From NCBI RefSeq assembly GCF_009914755.1, contig NC_060925.1: a stretch of DNA of 64,000 nt, one strand, 5' to 3'. The DNA comes from the human T2T-CHM13v2.0 reference genome, Homo sapiens. The translations under genes and the position numbers were made by a program. Of this stretch, positions 38,991-59,313 are shown piece after piece (position 1 is the first letter of the stretch; the number at the start of each line of letters is the position of its first letter). The notes under the pieces are model-generated. The model did not search any database. It was not told the DNA's origin and worked only from the letters and a program-made list of their open reading frames with translations.

Positions 38991-39119
38991 AACTCCCCCA
39001 TTATTCAGGCATTGTAAATTATGTATCTTTGATGGCATGTCTTTGAAGGAATTATGTCTTTTTAGAGGAAACTGACAGGTAATTTTAAAAAGTATAGATC
39101 CAAGGTTAATAAACTCACT

Positions 39120-39120
<1 letters not shown>

Positions 39121-39169
<49 letters not shown>
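39121..39169 (+). repeat. (CT)n(CA)n microsatellite
   Basis: Direct observation. Confidence 0.95.
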
Positions 39170-39172
<3 letters not shown>

Positions 39173-42100
39173 AATAAGAGAATGAGCCAGTCTCATCTAC
39201 AACCATATTAAACTTGTGTCTTCATGTGCACATTTGGTAACACATTTTGAACTACCTTGAATTTTCAAGTTTCTAGTTTTTCTCTTTAGCTGAGGACTTC
39301 TTGAAACCAATTGTTTTGGGGGAGAGAATATTTTTAGAATCCAGGCATGGCCCAAACAATTCTCTTTGAAAAGAAAGCAAACTGGAATCCTGGGAAAGCC
39401 GTTAATTCTCAACACTACTTATAAACATGACAAACAATAAAATAAATTCTATAACAACTTGTAAGAGCTTATGTTTTCACATCTAAATTTTCAATGGTAA
39501 GGTTCCTTACAATCTCAAGTGTTAAACAAAAGGTATCAAGCACACTTAGGTTACAAGGAGAAGCAAAAAGATTGGTTTGAGCAACCTGGATCACTTTCAA
39601 TAAGGGAGGAGGATCTCTGGAGAGTGTAACAGCTGAATTTCAAGAAATCTGGTTTCTAGTTTGGGCAAGTCAGTAAATCTGAGCTTTCTTTCTCACCTCT
39701 TACAAGTAATGGCATTTTCCTTCCTTCCTCACAAAGTTGACTCATGAAAGCACTTAAAAAAGTTAAAAATGTTACATACTATGTTCTTTAATCAGCACTA
39801 ATAACATTAATATTGATCGGGCAGAAGGTACAGCGATCATGCGGGTGGGGACCAGAATTGGGAATTGGGAATTGGGAAATCTAGGTTCTCAGCCCAACAT
39901 TTGCACCTGCTAGTTCGTGATGCAAGGCACCTCACTTATCCAGGTCCCCATTAAACTAGGTTTAATAAAGTGAGTTTGCCTAAACCTCTTCCTAGCTCCA
40001 AGGCTAATTTTAAGCTATTAATTTGAATCCAAGGCCTAAAATATTTGAGCTCTCATTTAACAGTCGGCCACTGCAAAGGGTAAAGACAGCAATCTTGTAT
40101 GAACAAAGTTAAACATAACGTGCTAGACACAGGTCTTTGCAAAACCATGCAGTAGCCAATAGGTCCACCATACCACCCTTCATTTGGAAATTGATGCTAA
40201 GGTGCCATAGGTACATTTCCAAATGCTCTTAAAATGTTTAGGTTCATATTAAAATAAAAATGGATATTTATGGTACAATGAGAACCAGAAAAACTGCAAA
40301 ATTATACACAGGCCTAAGGGCAGAAATACCCCAAAAGACGACACAGTGACAATATTTTCCAACTTGTGCTTTTTTGTTTTTAAAACAAGGCTGATGATTC
40401 TGAAATCAGGTCAATGTCTATCACTTTTTTCGTTGATGTTAAATGCACTAAGGGAATATAGATTCTTCAATTATACTTTGAAACAACATCATTTCCCTAA
40501 GTCAGGACTTTTTTATTGCAAAATTTAACAAACCACCAAACTCAAGTTTAATTATTTCTGCTTTATTATTGGTCATGAATAAAGACTTCTTTTAAAAAAT
40601 AATTACAAAGAATTTATGACTAAAATATACTCCGTAACCAACTTGCTCTGAAATTAATAATTTGAAAATGGCAAAGAAAAAAAAAAACAGCCCACAACAT
40701 ATTAACTTCACTCTTCAATTAGGGGAAATAAACAAGGTCAAAATTAGTTTAAACAACATACTGAGTAATAAAAAAGTTGTGCAGAAGTCCCAATGCCTCC
40801 AAAAAACTGATAGAATGTGCTTAATATATATATCCCCACATGGTAACATAAAAAATCCAAGTTTTCCAGTAAAAATGTTCTGTTCATGTTCCAATACCTA
40901 AATCTGGGAAAACAAATTCAGGCAGATGAGATAAGAACGTCACCACAATAAAATAAAGTCATCAAAACTTAGTGAACTAAAATTTAAAAGGTAGAGGAAT
41001 TATTTTTCCTAATTTGACCTAATTTGACCACACAGTAATTACTTCCAGAAGACAAAAGATCCAATCCAGGTAAAATAAATCTTTATTTTATTATTTTACC
41101 TGATCCTAAAGAAAATATTCTACGTGAGTTGATGGATACATTGGTCAAGTTTTATGCCAAAAAAATTACGCAAACTATACTCTGAAAGAGCTATCCAGAC
41201 TCCTTGCCAAAAGGCCAGCATAACTTTCAGAGTAGAGATCGTGAGTTACCACAGATGCTGATTGAAACAGAGCTAACAGCAGCTTTCTCCTCATTCCCAC
41301 CCCGTGTGTAGGAGTACGCAGTCTCATACCACCACCAGTTGGAGGATGATCTAGTCTGGAGACAGAACGGTGTCGAACAAAACCCTTGCCAGGGTCCCAA
41401 ACCTCTCTTTAGAACTCTAATTAAAGGTACTTCCGTTTCCCACACAACTTGGAATGAAGGGGAAGCAACGACTGTTAAAACATTTAAAAACTAAGCCTTT
41501 ATCTATTTATTTAGAAAACACACTATGCAAAGAAGCCAATTCCTTACATTAAAAATATTTATTTGCAACAGCTCTCCTTTTTAAGGCCTCAACAGATTGG
41601 ACTAAACCACACCCCTCCATAAATGGCACATTCCATACAATAGCCTGGAGAATGGCATAGGACGATTCCACCGACAGCTGGGGGAATAGCAAACTTGTTG
41701 AAATTCCGAGAATGAAGTCTGATGGTTACCCGAACCTAGCCCTTTTATTACTAAAGTCACTCGGGGACAAGAGGGTTACAAAAATATCCCGAGACGCGTA
41801 CGCGGGTGAGAGTGGAACGAGAACCACACGGGATTTGGGCCGTGCTGTTAACCCGCACCTCCCTGAGTACGGACATTTCCCCGAGGAAGGACATTTCTAG
41901 TCGGAGAGAAAGAGCGAACTTTGGGGTTAACTCTCTCAAAACTCTGAGGTGGGGAGAGAGGCAGCAGCCCATTATTTTCCAGGATCCAGTCCCGAACTCT
42001 CACTTTTGCCCGGGGGGAGAAAAACGGGTCCCGCCCACGCTCGGCCCGATCCGGGAGGCGGGGCCTGCAGCGACCCCGAAGGACAGAGGCGGGGCCGGTT

Positions 42101-42635
42101 GGCAGTGCTGCCCCTCCCCCTTTGCCAGGAACACCCCCGTCCGCTACAGAGAGGGCTCAGGGCCCCCACCCCCGCGCCAGTCGCTGGGGGAAGGGGCAAT
42201 ACGGGTGCCTCCGCCCCTCCTCGCTGAAGGTGGGGAGTGGAGCTCGAGTCCGCCCGCCTCCCCGCGCTGGCTCCAAGGGGACGGCCCCGAGGAGGTGGGG
42301 CCTCTTGGGGGCGCTGACTTCACACCCCTCCCCCTCCGGCCGCTGGCGGCTCAGGGACACCCCGCCCGCTCTAGTGCGGTGGGTGGGGGAGGCAGCTGAG
42401 CAGACCGGAGCCCTGCAGCGGCGCGGGGCGGGGAGGGGCGCGCGCACGGGCGCGCAGCCACCACCCCCGCGCGCCAGCAGGGCCCCCCACGCTCAAGGGT
42501 GCGCGCGGGCCCCGAAAGGGAGGAGGCCGCGCGCGGCACCGGGGATGGCGGACTCTAGCCTTCTGTCCCCCACTCTTTTCACCACTCGCCCCCATCCCCC
42601 TCCAACCCGCTCCAGGCCTCAGACTCCGCACTGAC

Positions 42636-42652
42636 CTGACAGGCCGCGACAT
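42636..42652 (-). CDS. NUCKS1: NUCKS1 exon 1 coding part (MSRPV-R)
   Basis: Minus strand reads GCGAAC ATG TCG CGG CCT GTC AG|gtcagt. A at -3; donor at 42635-42630. Confidence 0.95.
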
Positions 42653-42849
42653 GTTCGCTGTCGAAACAGGACCGAGTCGAGAAGCCAAAGACCAGGACCC
42701 CCCCCACCCCGCGCGCTCGGCGCCCCACCCCCCCCGAACTTCAGCCGATGGGACCGCTGCTGCCGAACCCCGAGCTGCTGGCTTCTCAAACTCCGCTGCT
42801 CTTTGGTTCAGGGCTCCTGGAACAGACGAGCCCCCCGCTCCCCCGTCTC

Positions 42850-43106
42850 TTCAAAATGGATGAATCAAACCAGCCGAAAATGCGCCAAAGCCGCCGTGCA
42901 ACCAAACCCACTAGGGTTTGTGCGCTCCTCCCCAACACGCCTGCTCATTGGAGACTTCTGCCAGATGCGCCCAGATCATTAGTCCGTTTGAATCATCACG
43001 TCTTCCAGGCCCCGCCCTGCTCTCTGATAGGCTCCACCTTCACCGTGGGGGTCCTGTTAGTCAAGATGCTCTGAGAGCGCACGGCCGCAAAACAAAAATG
43101 GTCGCT
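42850..43106 (-). promoter_or_regulatory. Cell-cycle-type proximal promoter: CHR TTTGAA (42850-55 minus; 42987-92 plus), E2F TTTGGCGC (42882-89), CCAAT (42947-51), CRE/E-box-like GACGTGAT (42995-43002), GC box (43010-17), YY1-like AAAATGG (43095-43101)
   Basis: Motifs read directly from the sequence; function inferred from known consensus sites. Confidence 0.65.
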
Positions 43107-43559
43107 GCTTAGCCCGCCCCCTGGTTTCCACTCCAGAGTTGCAGATTCGTCTGGGGTCGTATCTTAGAAAGACTAGAAAAAAAGATTTATGTAGGGTTCA
43201 GCGTTGCTCAGTGTTAGTTTAATGGTGTTTCATCTCGTCTGCCTTGATCACCTTGAAAATCCTCTAATAGCAAAACCCGTGGGAGAGGCAGCAGATTCGT
43301 CACTGCGGGGCTGCTACAGAATTGGAGGGAAATTCCTTAGGTTCAAAAAATTTGACCTTAAACCTACAAGCCCCTTACCCTGGCTTCGGCATTAACCCTC
43401 AGGGACCTAATGAGGCTGCTGGAGTAGAGAGGCAGGATCATAATCAAGGAATATCTTCACCCCCAATTACCATTCTCCATTCTGGACCTTGAGATCCACT
43501 TCAGGGTCATTAAAGTCCCAGTCTGGTGCATTACTATTTTAAGAAAAGAGTCAGGTGTA

Positions 43560-43790
43560 CAATAACTAAGAGCATGAGCTCAGGGGCCACAAGGTATTTC
43601 AGGTGGAATCCCAGGTCCACTACTTAATAGTGGTATAACTTTCCTTCTCTGTGCCTCAGTTTTCTCATCTGTAAAATGGGAAACAAGGGTACCTAACTGC
43701 ATAGGCTTATTAGTATTAAATGAGTTGATATATCTATCAAAAGTCTTTAGGATAGTCTCTGGCTCACAGTAAGTGCTACGTAAGTGTTAA
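43560..43790 (+). mobile_element. MIR, inside the spacer of the promoter inverted repeat
   Basis: ctctgtgcctcagttttctcatctgtaaaatggg core and ggctcacagtaagtgct end. Confidence 0.8.
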
Positions 43791-44064
43791 ATCCAAGTTT
43801 TAAAAGATGATTCCGTCCCTGGGTAGAGATGGGTGGAGCTGGCTCAAGACCCTATGAATTCTATTGATTTACCCTTGCACTTTGAAAAACAAAACAAAGA
43901 CTCTTCGAAGTCATATAACTGAAAGTAACGCACATCATTTCACTTAAATCCGTGAGCATTTGTTGGATGCCTAATACTCTCAAAGGCAGAGCTCAGGATT
44001 CCTATGTGAATGGCTAAGGCTGAGTCTGCTATCGAAAATAGACGTCAATCCCTGTCACAGTCAA

Positions 44065-44229
44065 AGCGATCATTTTTGTTTGGTGGCTGTGCGCTCTCAG
44101 AGCATCTTGACTAACAGGACCCCACGGTGAAGGTGGGGCCTATCAGAGAGTAGGGTGGGGCCTGGAAGACGTGATGATTCAAACGGACTAATGATCTGGG
44201 CGCATCTGGCAGAAGTCTCCAATGAGCAG
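44065..44229 (+). repeat. Inverted duplicate of NUCKS1 promoter segment 42941-43106
   Basis: Manual reverse-complement alignment gives 158/166 identity (7 substitutions, 1 indel). The track ORFs 42918..43112(+) and 44097..44288(-) share the peptide CSLETSARCAQIISPFESSRLPGP. Confidence 0.97.
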
Positions 44230-44237
44230 TCAGTTAA

Positions 44238-46056
<1,819 letters not shown>

Positions 46057-47971
46057 TAAGTGTATTACCATCCCCACTATTGTCAGAATGCCAGGGCAGA
46101 AACTTGGGTGGCAGAGTGATCACCAAGTGGCTTTGGTGGAGGCTCTTTTATTAGGCCAAATTGTTATTATTTTAGTAAACATCATTATTTGGTATTGTGA
46201 GATGGGGCAGAGGAATTCTTGTTACTCATTTATTAGGTAGTGAACAGAAATGACCATAGTCAACATTTGCAGGCAGGTGGAAAGTTCAGAATAGGTCTTC
46301 AGGTTGTTGGCCTGATAGTGTAGTGCAAGGCCAGTATACAAATGGCCACTGAGTGAAGACTCTCCTCCTTCCAAGTTCAGCCTCATATCCTACCTTTCTC
46401 TTCACTGCAGCTTCAGCTAACATCTTCCTTCCATTTGCTCATTTATTCACTTAGTATTGCAATCAACATCGTCTCTCAGGGAAGAAATAACTTAAGACTT
46501 GAACTTTGAGTTTACTTTTTAGTGGACAAGTACAGAACTATGGCCAGTAGTGCCAAAAGAACGTGGAATGCAGTCTCCAAGGTCAGTTCCCTCTAATCTG
46601 TACCCCAGTGATCTGCCCTGTGTACCTGTTTTAACCACAATCAGTTTGCTGGAAACTGAAGAAGGACACTGATCATAGGATAGGTCAGGTTTTAGAAGCA
46701 CTATCTGATAACCCCGAAGGGACAATATGTGTAATAAAACTAGGAGAAACTATGAAAACAGAAAAGCCTCAGGAGACAGAAAAGGCGGAATTATTCCTTT
46801 TCCCTGGAAATGAAATCTCATGGCCTTTTAAACACAGTGCTTAATTTTCCCCGTGATTTTTAGTTATGTTTTGAGAAGTACCATTTTCCTTCTCCTTCAC
46901 ATATGTTAGACAGTAAGAACTGGCAGTGCTGGGATGGTAAGACTGATGGGTTTTCCACATACCCAACAAAAACCCATTTCCATCAAGGGCTACACTATAG
47001 CAGCTGAGAGCTTCATAAAAATTTTTCAGCATTGTGTGCTGGGCACTTCCAGTTCTGTGAACTCATGAAAGTCAACCAACCAGGTCTAAAGACAGAGACT
47101 GCTTCCACAGAGAACAGGACCACAGAAGGGTACCACTCTTTGGAGATGCTGCCAGGAAGTTAAAGACACCTCCAACTCTTTTTTTTTAAATTTTTTATTT
47201 TTAAATCTTCTACCTCCAACCTGCTGGCTCTCTCTGTACTACCACTCTAGAAGACAGGATGGGATAGAAGAACTGTGTGTATTAGGTCTGTCTCTCTACA
47301 ACCCCAGAGACTGAGTAGCCTGCTTGGAGATAGATCCGTGATTAGAGGAAATTTTCCCTTGTCTTCTTTTTCTCAAGTGTGTATTTCTTTGCTCCAGATT
47401 CCCATCTTCCTCTCTACTTTGAATATTAAGAGCTAAGCTTAGGTGATTTGTACTACTAAAACAATAAAGATGTACAACTCAATATCCAGTTTAAATTGAA
47501 GAAAAATACAACAAGACTAACTTACTGTTTTGCTGGACACAAAATCCATAGAAAACTTGTCATTGTAACACTGAGGGAGAGACAGCTTTATCTATGTAAA
47601 CCACTGACAAATATTGTGAGGTGAACACTGCTGAAAAGCGAGGCCCCAAGGTAGAACAAAAAGAGCACTGAACTTGTAATCAAGATTATCTGTCTCTGAG
47701 CTTGTAATTTACTACCTATGTCCTTTAGCAAATTTCAAACTCCCTGTGCCTCAGCTCCTTCATCTGTGAAATGGAGATAATTATACTGGTCCTTACCCAC
47801 TTCACAAGGTTAGCATAATAACAAGAAAAAAAAAAGGGATCACTTGCGAAAGTAGTTTGTAGACTGTGAAGCACTATGAGCGGTAGAATGGGATCACATT
47901 CGCTTCACTAAAGGAAAACCCCAAATTCCGATAGCTGACTTATTCCTCCAACAGAATACAACCATCCCTGA

Positions 47972-48305
<334 letters not shown>

Positions 48306-48659
48306 TTACAGCTTCCAGATGAGATGAAGAAAAGGTGCAGTAATGAGGAGTGATGACCATCAGCTTGCAGCACTGCGATACACTTTCTGTTTCATATAGA
48401 GAGACAATGACATTCTCTACCTCCCAACTATTCCTAGGAGAATTAAGCTGCTCCAACCATGACCATATAGGCATGATTTCACCAACTAGTGCCAGCCTTT
48501 CTACTTCTGTATTGGTTCCAGCTCGGTATCCCTAACTGCCTAACAGGTATTTCCACTTGGATGTCCACAAGCTTAATTTATTTATGTCAAAAAAAATCAT
48601 CTTTCCCACCCACATTATTTTCCTGACTCTATTCCTGTCCTCTGTATCATTTTCCCCTG

Positions 48660-50080
48660 TCAGTTTTATTGAGGTATAATTGACAAATAAAAATTGTATA
48701 TATTTAAGTTGTACATTGTGATGTTTTGATACATTATGAAATGATTATCCAATCAAGCTAATTAACATGTCCATGGCCTCAGTTATCTTTTTTTGGTGTA
48801 GTGAGAATACTTAAGATCTACTCTCCAAGCAAATTTCAAGTATATAAAATATTAACTATAGTCACCATGCTGTACATTAGGTCTCCAAAACTTGTTCATC
48901 TTATAACTGCAAGTTTGTGCCCTTTGACCATCATCTCCTCATTTTTCCCATCCTCTGACCCCTGGTAGCCATCCTCTACTCTCTTTTTCTATGAGATCCA
49001 CTTTTCTGAGATTCCACACACTGGATAAACGAGATCATGCAGTATTTGTCTTTCTATGCCTGGCTTATTTCACTTAGTATAATGTCTTCCAGGTTCATCC
49101 ATGTGGTTGCAAATAGCAGAACTTCAAGAAGGCTGAATAATATTCTGTCGTGTGTATGTAGGTATATAAACACACATATCACATTTTCTTTATCCATTCA
49201 TCCACTGACAATCTGATTCCATATCGTGGCTATTGCAAATAATGCTGTGATGAACATGGGCATGCAGATACCTCTTTGAGATACCAATTTCATTTTCTTT
49301 GGATATATATCCAGAAGTGGGGCTGCTGGATCATATGGTAGTTCTATTTTTAAATTTTTTGAGGAACCTCTATACTGTTCTCCACAATGGCTGTACCAAT
49401 TTACATCCCACTAATGATGTATAAGGGTTCCCTTTTTTCCACCTCCTCACCAACACTTGTTATCGTTTGACTTTTTGAGAATAGCCATCCTACCAGGCGT
49501 GAGGTGGTATCTCATTGTGTTTTGTTTTTTTTTGTTTTTGTTTTTTGAGATGGAGTTTCACTCTTGTCCCTCAGGGTGGAGTGCAATGGTGTGATCTCGG
49601 CTCACTGGTTCAAGAGAGTTTCCTCCCTCAGCCTCCCAAGGTAGCTGAGATTACAGGTGCACACCACCACATCTGGCTAATTTTTGTATTTTTAGTAGAG
49701 ACGGGATTTTATTACGTTGGCCAGGCTGGTCTGAAACTCCTGACCTCAGGTGATCCACCCACCTTGGCTTCCCAAAGTGTGCCCGGCTCATTGTGGTTTT
49801 GATTTGCATTTCCCTGATGACTGTGATGTTGAGCACCTTTTTCATATACCTGCTGGGTGTTTGTTGGGTGTTTGTATGTCTTCTTTGGAAAAATGTCTAT
49901 TCAGGTCCTTTGTCCATTTTTTATTTGGGTTATTTGGGTTTTTTTTTTTTTTTTTGCTATTGAGTTGTATGAGTTCCTTATATATTTTGGATATTAATGC
50001 CTTACTGAAAACATGGTTTGCAAATATTTTCTCCCATTCTGTAGGCTGCCTTTTCATTTTGTAGATTGTTTTCTTTGCTG
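48660..50080 (-). mobile_element. L1MA-like fragment with inserted Alu (49520-49787)
   Basis: ttttattgaggtataattgacaaataaaaattg start; ORF2-like peptide [14 protein letters not shown] in the track. Confidence 0.88.
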
Positions 50081-50476
50081 TGCGTTATCACCTTCCTCTT
50101 AGCTATCTGTATTCAAATCTTGGTACTACTGACTCCGTCTTATGCCTCACTGTTAGTCTTCAAAGTGGAAACCTCTTGATTCCTTCTTCATTGCATTTGT
50201 CAAATTCATTTTTCACTTGCCATTTACATTGTCACCATTCATGCTTAAACTACTATAACAGTCTTTCTTCTTTCCTTTTTCTGTAATCTGTAGTAGACAC
50301 AACAGGCAATACTACCTTCCTGTGGTTTACAGTACTCATATCATTCTCATACTCAAATTTTCAATAAGTCCATACAGCTTCCACAATAAAGGCTAAACTG
50401 TGCTAGCATTTAAGCTACCATCAGACAGATTTCTCAAGCCCAAATCTAATATTACTCTACTTAAAATACCTCCACG

Positions 50477-52462
<1,986 letters not shown>

Positions 52463-52589
52463 TTCCTTTTTAAAAATGTCTATAATTTGAATTTTAAAAA
52501 ACAGTGTTTATTCTTGGCCCTACTACCAACTAGCTGTGTGACCTTGGGCAAGTTCCTTAACCTTTCTACTACTCAGTTTTCCCATCTTT

Positions 52590-53722
<1,133 letters not shown>

Positions 53723-54062
53723 TTATAAAAGAAGTAATGTTTATGTTTTTCAATAAGAAAAAAAAAGATTAAAAATGCCCTTTCAATAGTTCTCTACAAC
53801 AGGGTGAAATCCAGGCCAGATGTGGTGGCTCACACTTGTAATCTCAGTACTTTGGGAGGCCAAGGTTAGAGGATCACCTGAAGCCAGGAGTTCGAGGCTG
53901 CACTGAGCTATGACCACATTACTGCACCCTAGCCTGGGTAACAGAGCAAGTCCCTGACTCTTAAAAAAAAAAAAAAAAAATGGAGCCTAAACACTTCAGC
54001 ATGGCATACAGACTCTCATTAATTTGACCCAAACTCCAATCTCATTTTCTCACCTCTACCTT

Positions 54063-55040
<978 letters not shown>

Positions 55041-55651
55041 CGCTACAGTCCTCCTGCCAGCTCCAGCTATAATGAATATCCACTATTCTCCAAATTTCCT
55101 GTAATCTTCCATTTGGCAAGCTTTTACCCAGCTTGAGCACCCTCTCCTTTACAAGGATTTCCTTGACCTCATCCTCGCCCTCCATCACTACAAGAAGTAA
55201 AGACTTGGCGCTCTCTGCACTGAGACACAATTCTTTTTACATGTCCACCTGCTTTCTGGACTGCCCTTCCTAGACAGGAACGTTCTTTTCCCCAGCCCTG
55301 CATCCTACATACCTAATGAAGTACCTGGCACATGGTAGGTACATCACTATTGCTTATATTAATGACCTAAACAATCTGCCAATAATCTAAGCTTATTTCC
55401 CACCGCTCTAAACATAAACCCTGGATTCTACTGGCTCCTTCCCAAACCTGCATAAGAATTCCAAACTTCTTTTGCCCCAACCTGAAATTCTATCTCACCT
55501 CTTGATTTTTATCCATCTTAAATGCTACTTCAAAAACTCTTTCTTGACCTCCTTCTTCTTTGGACTTCAGTGGCATAGGCCTTTATATCCCCTACAACTC
55601 CTACTGTAATCATGGACACATAAAAGGTGTGTAATAAAAAATACTCTGTTT

Positions 55652-56230
55652 AGGCTAGGTGCAGTGGCTCATGTCTGTAATCCCAACATTTTGGGATGCT
55701 GAAGTGAGAAGATTGTTTGAGGCTAGGGGTTTGAGACCAGCATGGGCAACATAGCAAGCCCCTGTCACTACTAAAAAAAAAAAAAAAAAAAATTTTGTTT
55801 AAATATGAATACAATTATGTGAAAAAATATTTGCATAAAAGTTGATTGAAGGCAAATTTATGAAATGTAAATAGAGGTTTTGTTTGGGTTGCTGGGCCCT
55901 AGGAGGTTTGGATTTTCCTTTCTTCCACCCCCTCCCCCGCCTCCCCACCCAGATGGAGTTTCACTCTTGTTGCCCAGGCTGGAGTGCAATGGTGCAATCT
56001 GGCTCATTGCAACCTCCGCCTCCCAGGTTCAAGCAATTCTCCTGCCTCAGCCTCCCGAGTAGCTGGGATTACAGGCCTGTGCCACCATGCCCGGCTAATT
56101 TTGTATTTTCAGTAGAGATGGGGTTTCTCGATGTTGGTTGGGCTGGTCTCGAACTCCTGACCTCAGGTAATCCGCCCGCCTTGGCCTCCCAAAGTGCTGG
56201 GATTACAGGCGTGAGCCACTGTACCCGGCC
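55652..56230. mobile_element. FLAM(+) 55652-55790 and AluS(-) 55950-56230
   Basis: Alu consensus. Confidence 0.82.
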
Positions 56231-57288
56231 CATTTTATTTAACGAGTAGGTTTTTCATCTTTCATTATAAAAGTATTGGAAAATTTGTATACCCTTTAAT
56301 ACATTACTGTTTCCACCATATTGAAAACTTGTTAAATGGAAAAACTTCAAGGAGGCAGTGTAGTAGAGTAAAGGGCCCAGTTTCTGGAGCAACACCACTT
56401 AAGGTTAAAAAAAAAAAAATCACAGTTTGCCACTTGCTAGCTGTTTCATCTTTGAGCAAAGTCTAAATTTTTTGTTCCTCAGTTTCCTCACATATTTATC
56501 TCATAGGGTCATTGTGAAAATAAAAATAATCCATGTGAAGTACTTAGGTGAGTACTTGGTTTATACCAAACACTCCGATTAACATTAGCTATTGGCCACA
56601 ACAGTTGAAGCTGGAATGGCTGTCAAAAATCTCTGCACTTGCAAACAAAAAGCTGATATTCAAAATTAAATGACAGTCACTGAGGTGACATATCTTAGTA
56701 AGTGGAACTTGTCAATTAAACAGCTTGGGATATGTCTGCACTGCATGCTATTCTAACTGCACCTAATTTGGCCCCAAATTTAATTACATGCATGTCTCTA
56801 TTTCACACATGAACATGTTCTCAAAAGATATCTAACACAAACCAAGAGTTTCAAAACCCAAAGGGCTCAGTTCTGTTTCTCTAAATGTCTGGGCTTATTT
56901 TCTAAAATAGGTTTTTCAGGCCAAATGTTTCCCAGAAACCTAAATGACAGAATGGAGACAGAGAATGAGAAGACTTGCAGTTATGCCTTGGCTGTATTAC
57001 AAATTCAACCAGCTGCCTTTCAGTCAAATTTCAAGACATTTGTTCCCTGAAACACAGAATGGGAAGAATTGCTTACTTTCTTATTTCAAAGATAGTGTAA
57101 GAGGCATATACAACTCACAGATCTGAGGGACGAATTCTATACAAAATAAATCATAAAATACCTCTTTCCTCTTCCTATCTGCTTTCTTTATTCCCACTAA
57201 CATATAGTTCTTAATCAGATGAACTTTAACTTGATTGCAAATTAAATTAGACTATAAAAAAAAGGAATCAAAACAGTACCCATCATGA

Positions 57289-58058
<770 letters not shown>

Positions 58059-58219
58059 AACAATAAATACCATTATACCAAAACTGCAGCTAAAACTTCA
58101 GAGAATTCAGGTCATGCTGGAAAACTAAAGGCAGGCAGGGTTTTTCTAACAACAAAGGTCATATATTCTGACTATATCCTGAAGTCTCTGGTATTTATGG
58201 CAGAATAAAAAAATATGTA

Positions 58220-59313
<1,094 letters not shown>

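Larger units (their letters stand above)
41750..43130. promoter_or_regulatory. CpG island / NUCKS1 promoter, exon 1 and start of intron 1
   Basis: Very GC- and CpG-rich against AT-rich flanks; overlaps the start codon. Confidence 0.92.

Noticed and set aside
42653-42688. In-frame TTG N-terminal extension (MASRLGPVSTAN) of NUCKS1
   Set aside because: Non-AUG start in a weak context; nothing in the sequence supports its use.
41712-43112. Long overlapping Pro/Arg/Gly-rich ORFs (up to 197 aa)
   Set aside because: Expected scarcity of stop codons in a CpG island; no recognisable domain. Only 42636-42652 is coding.
49842-50057. [18 protein letters not shown]... (also 13612-13818)
   Set aside because: Degenerate L1 ORF2 fragments; not an intact element.
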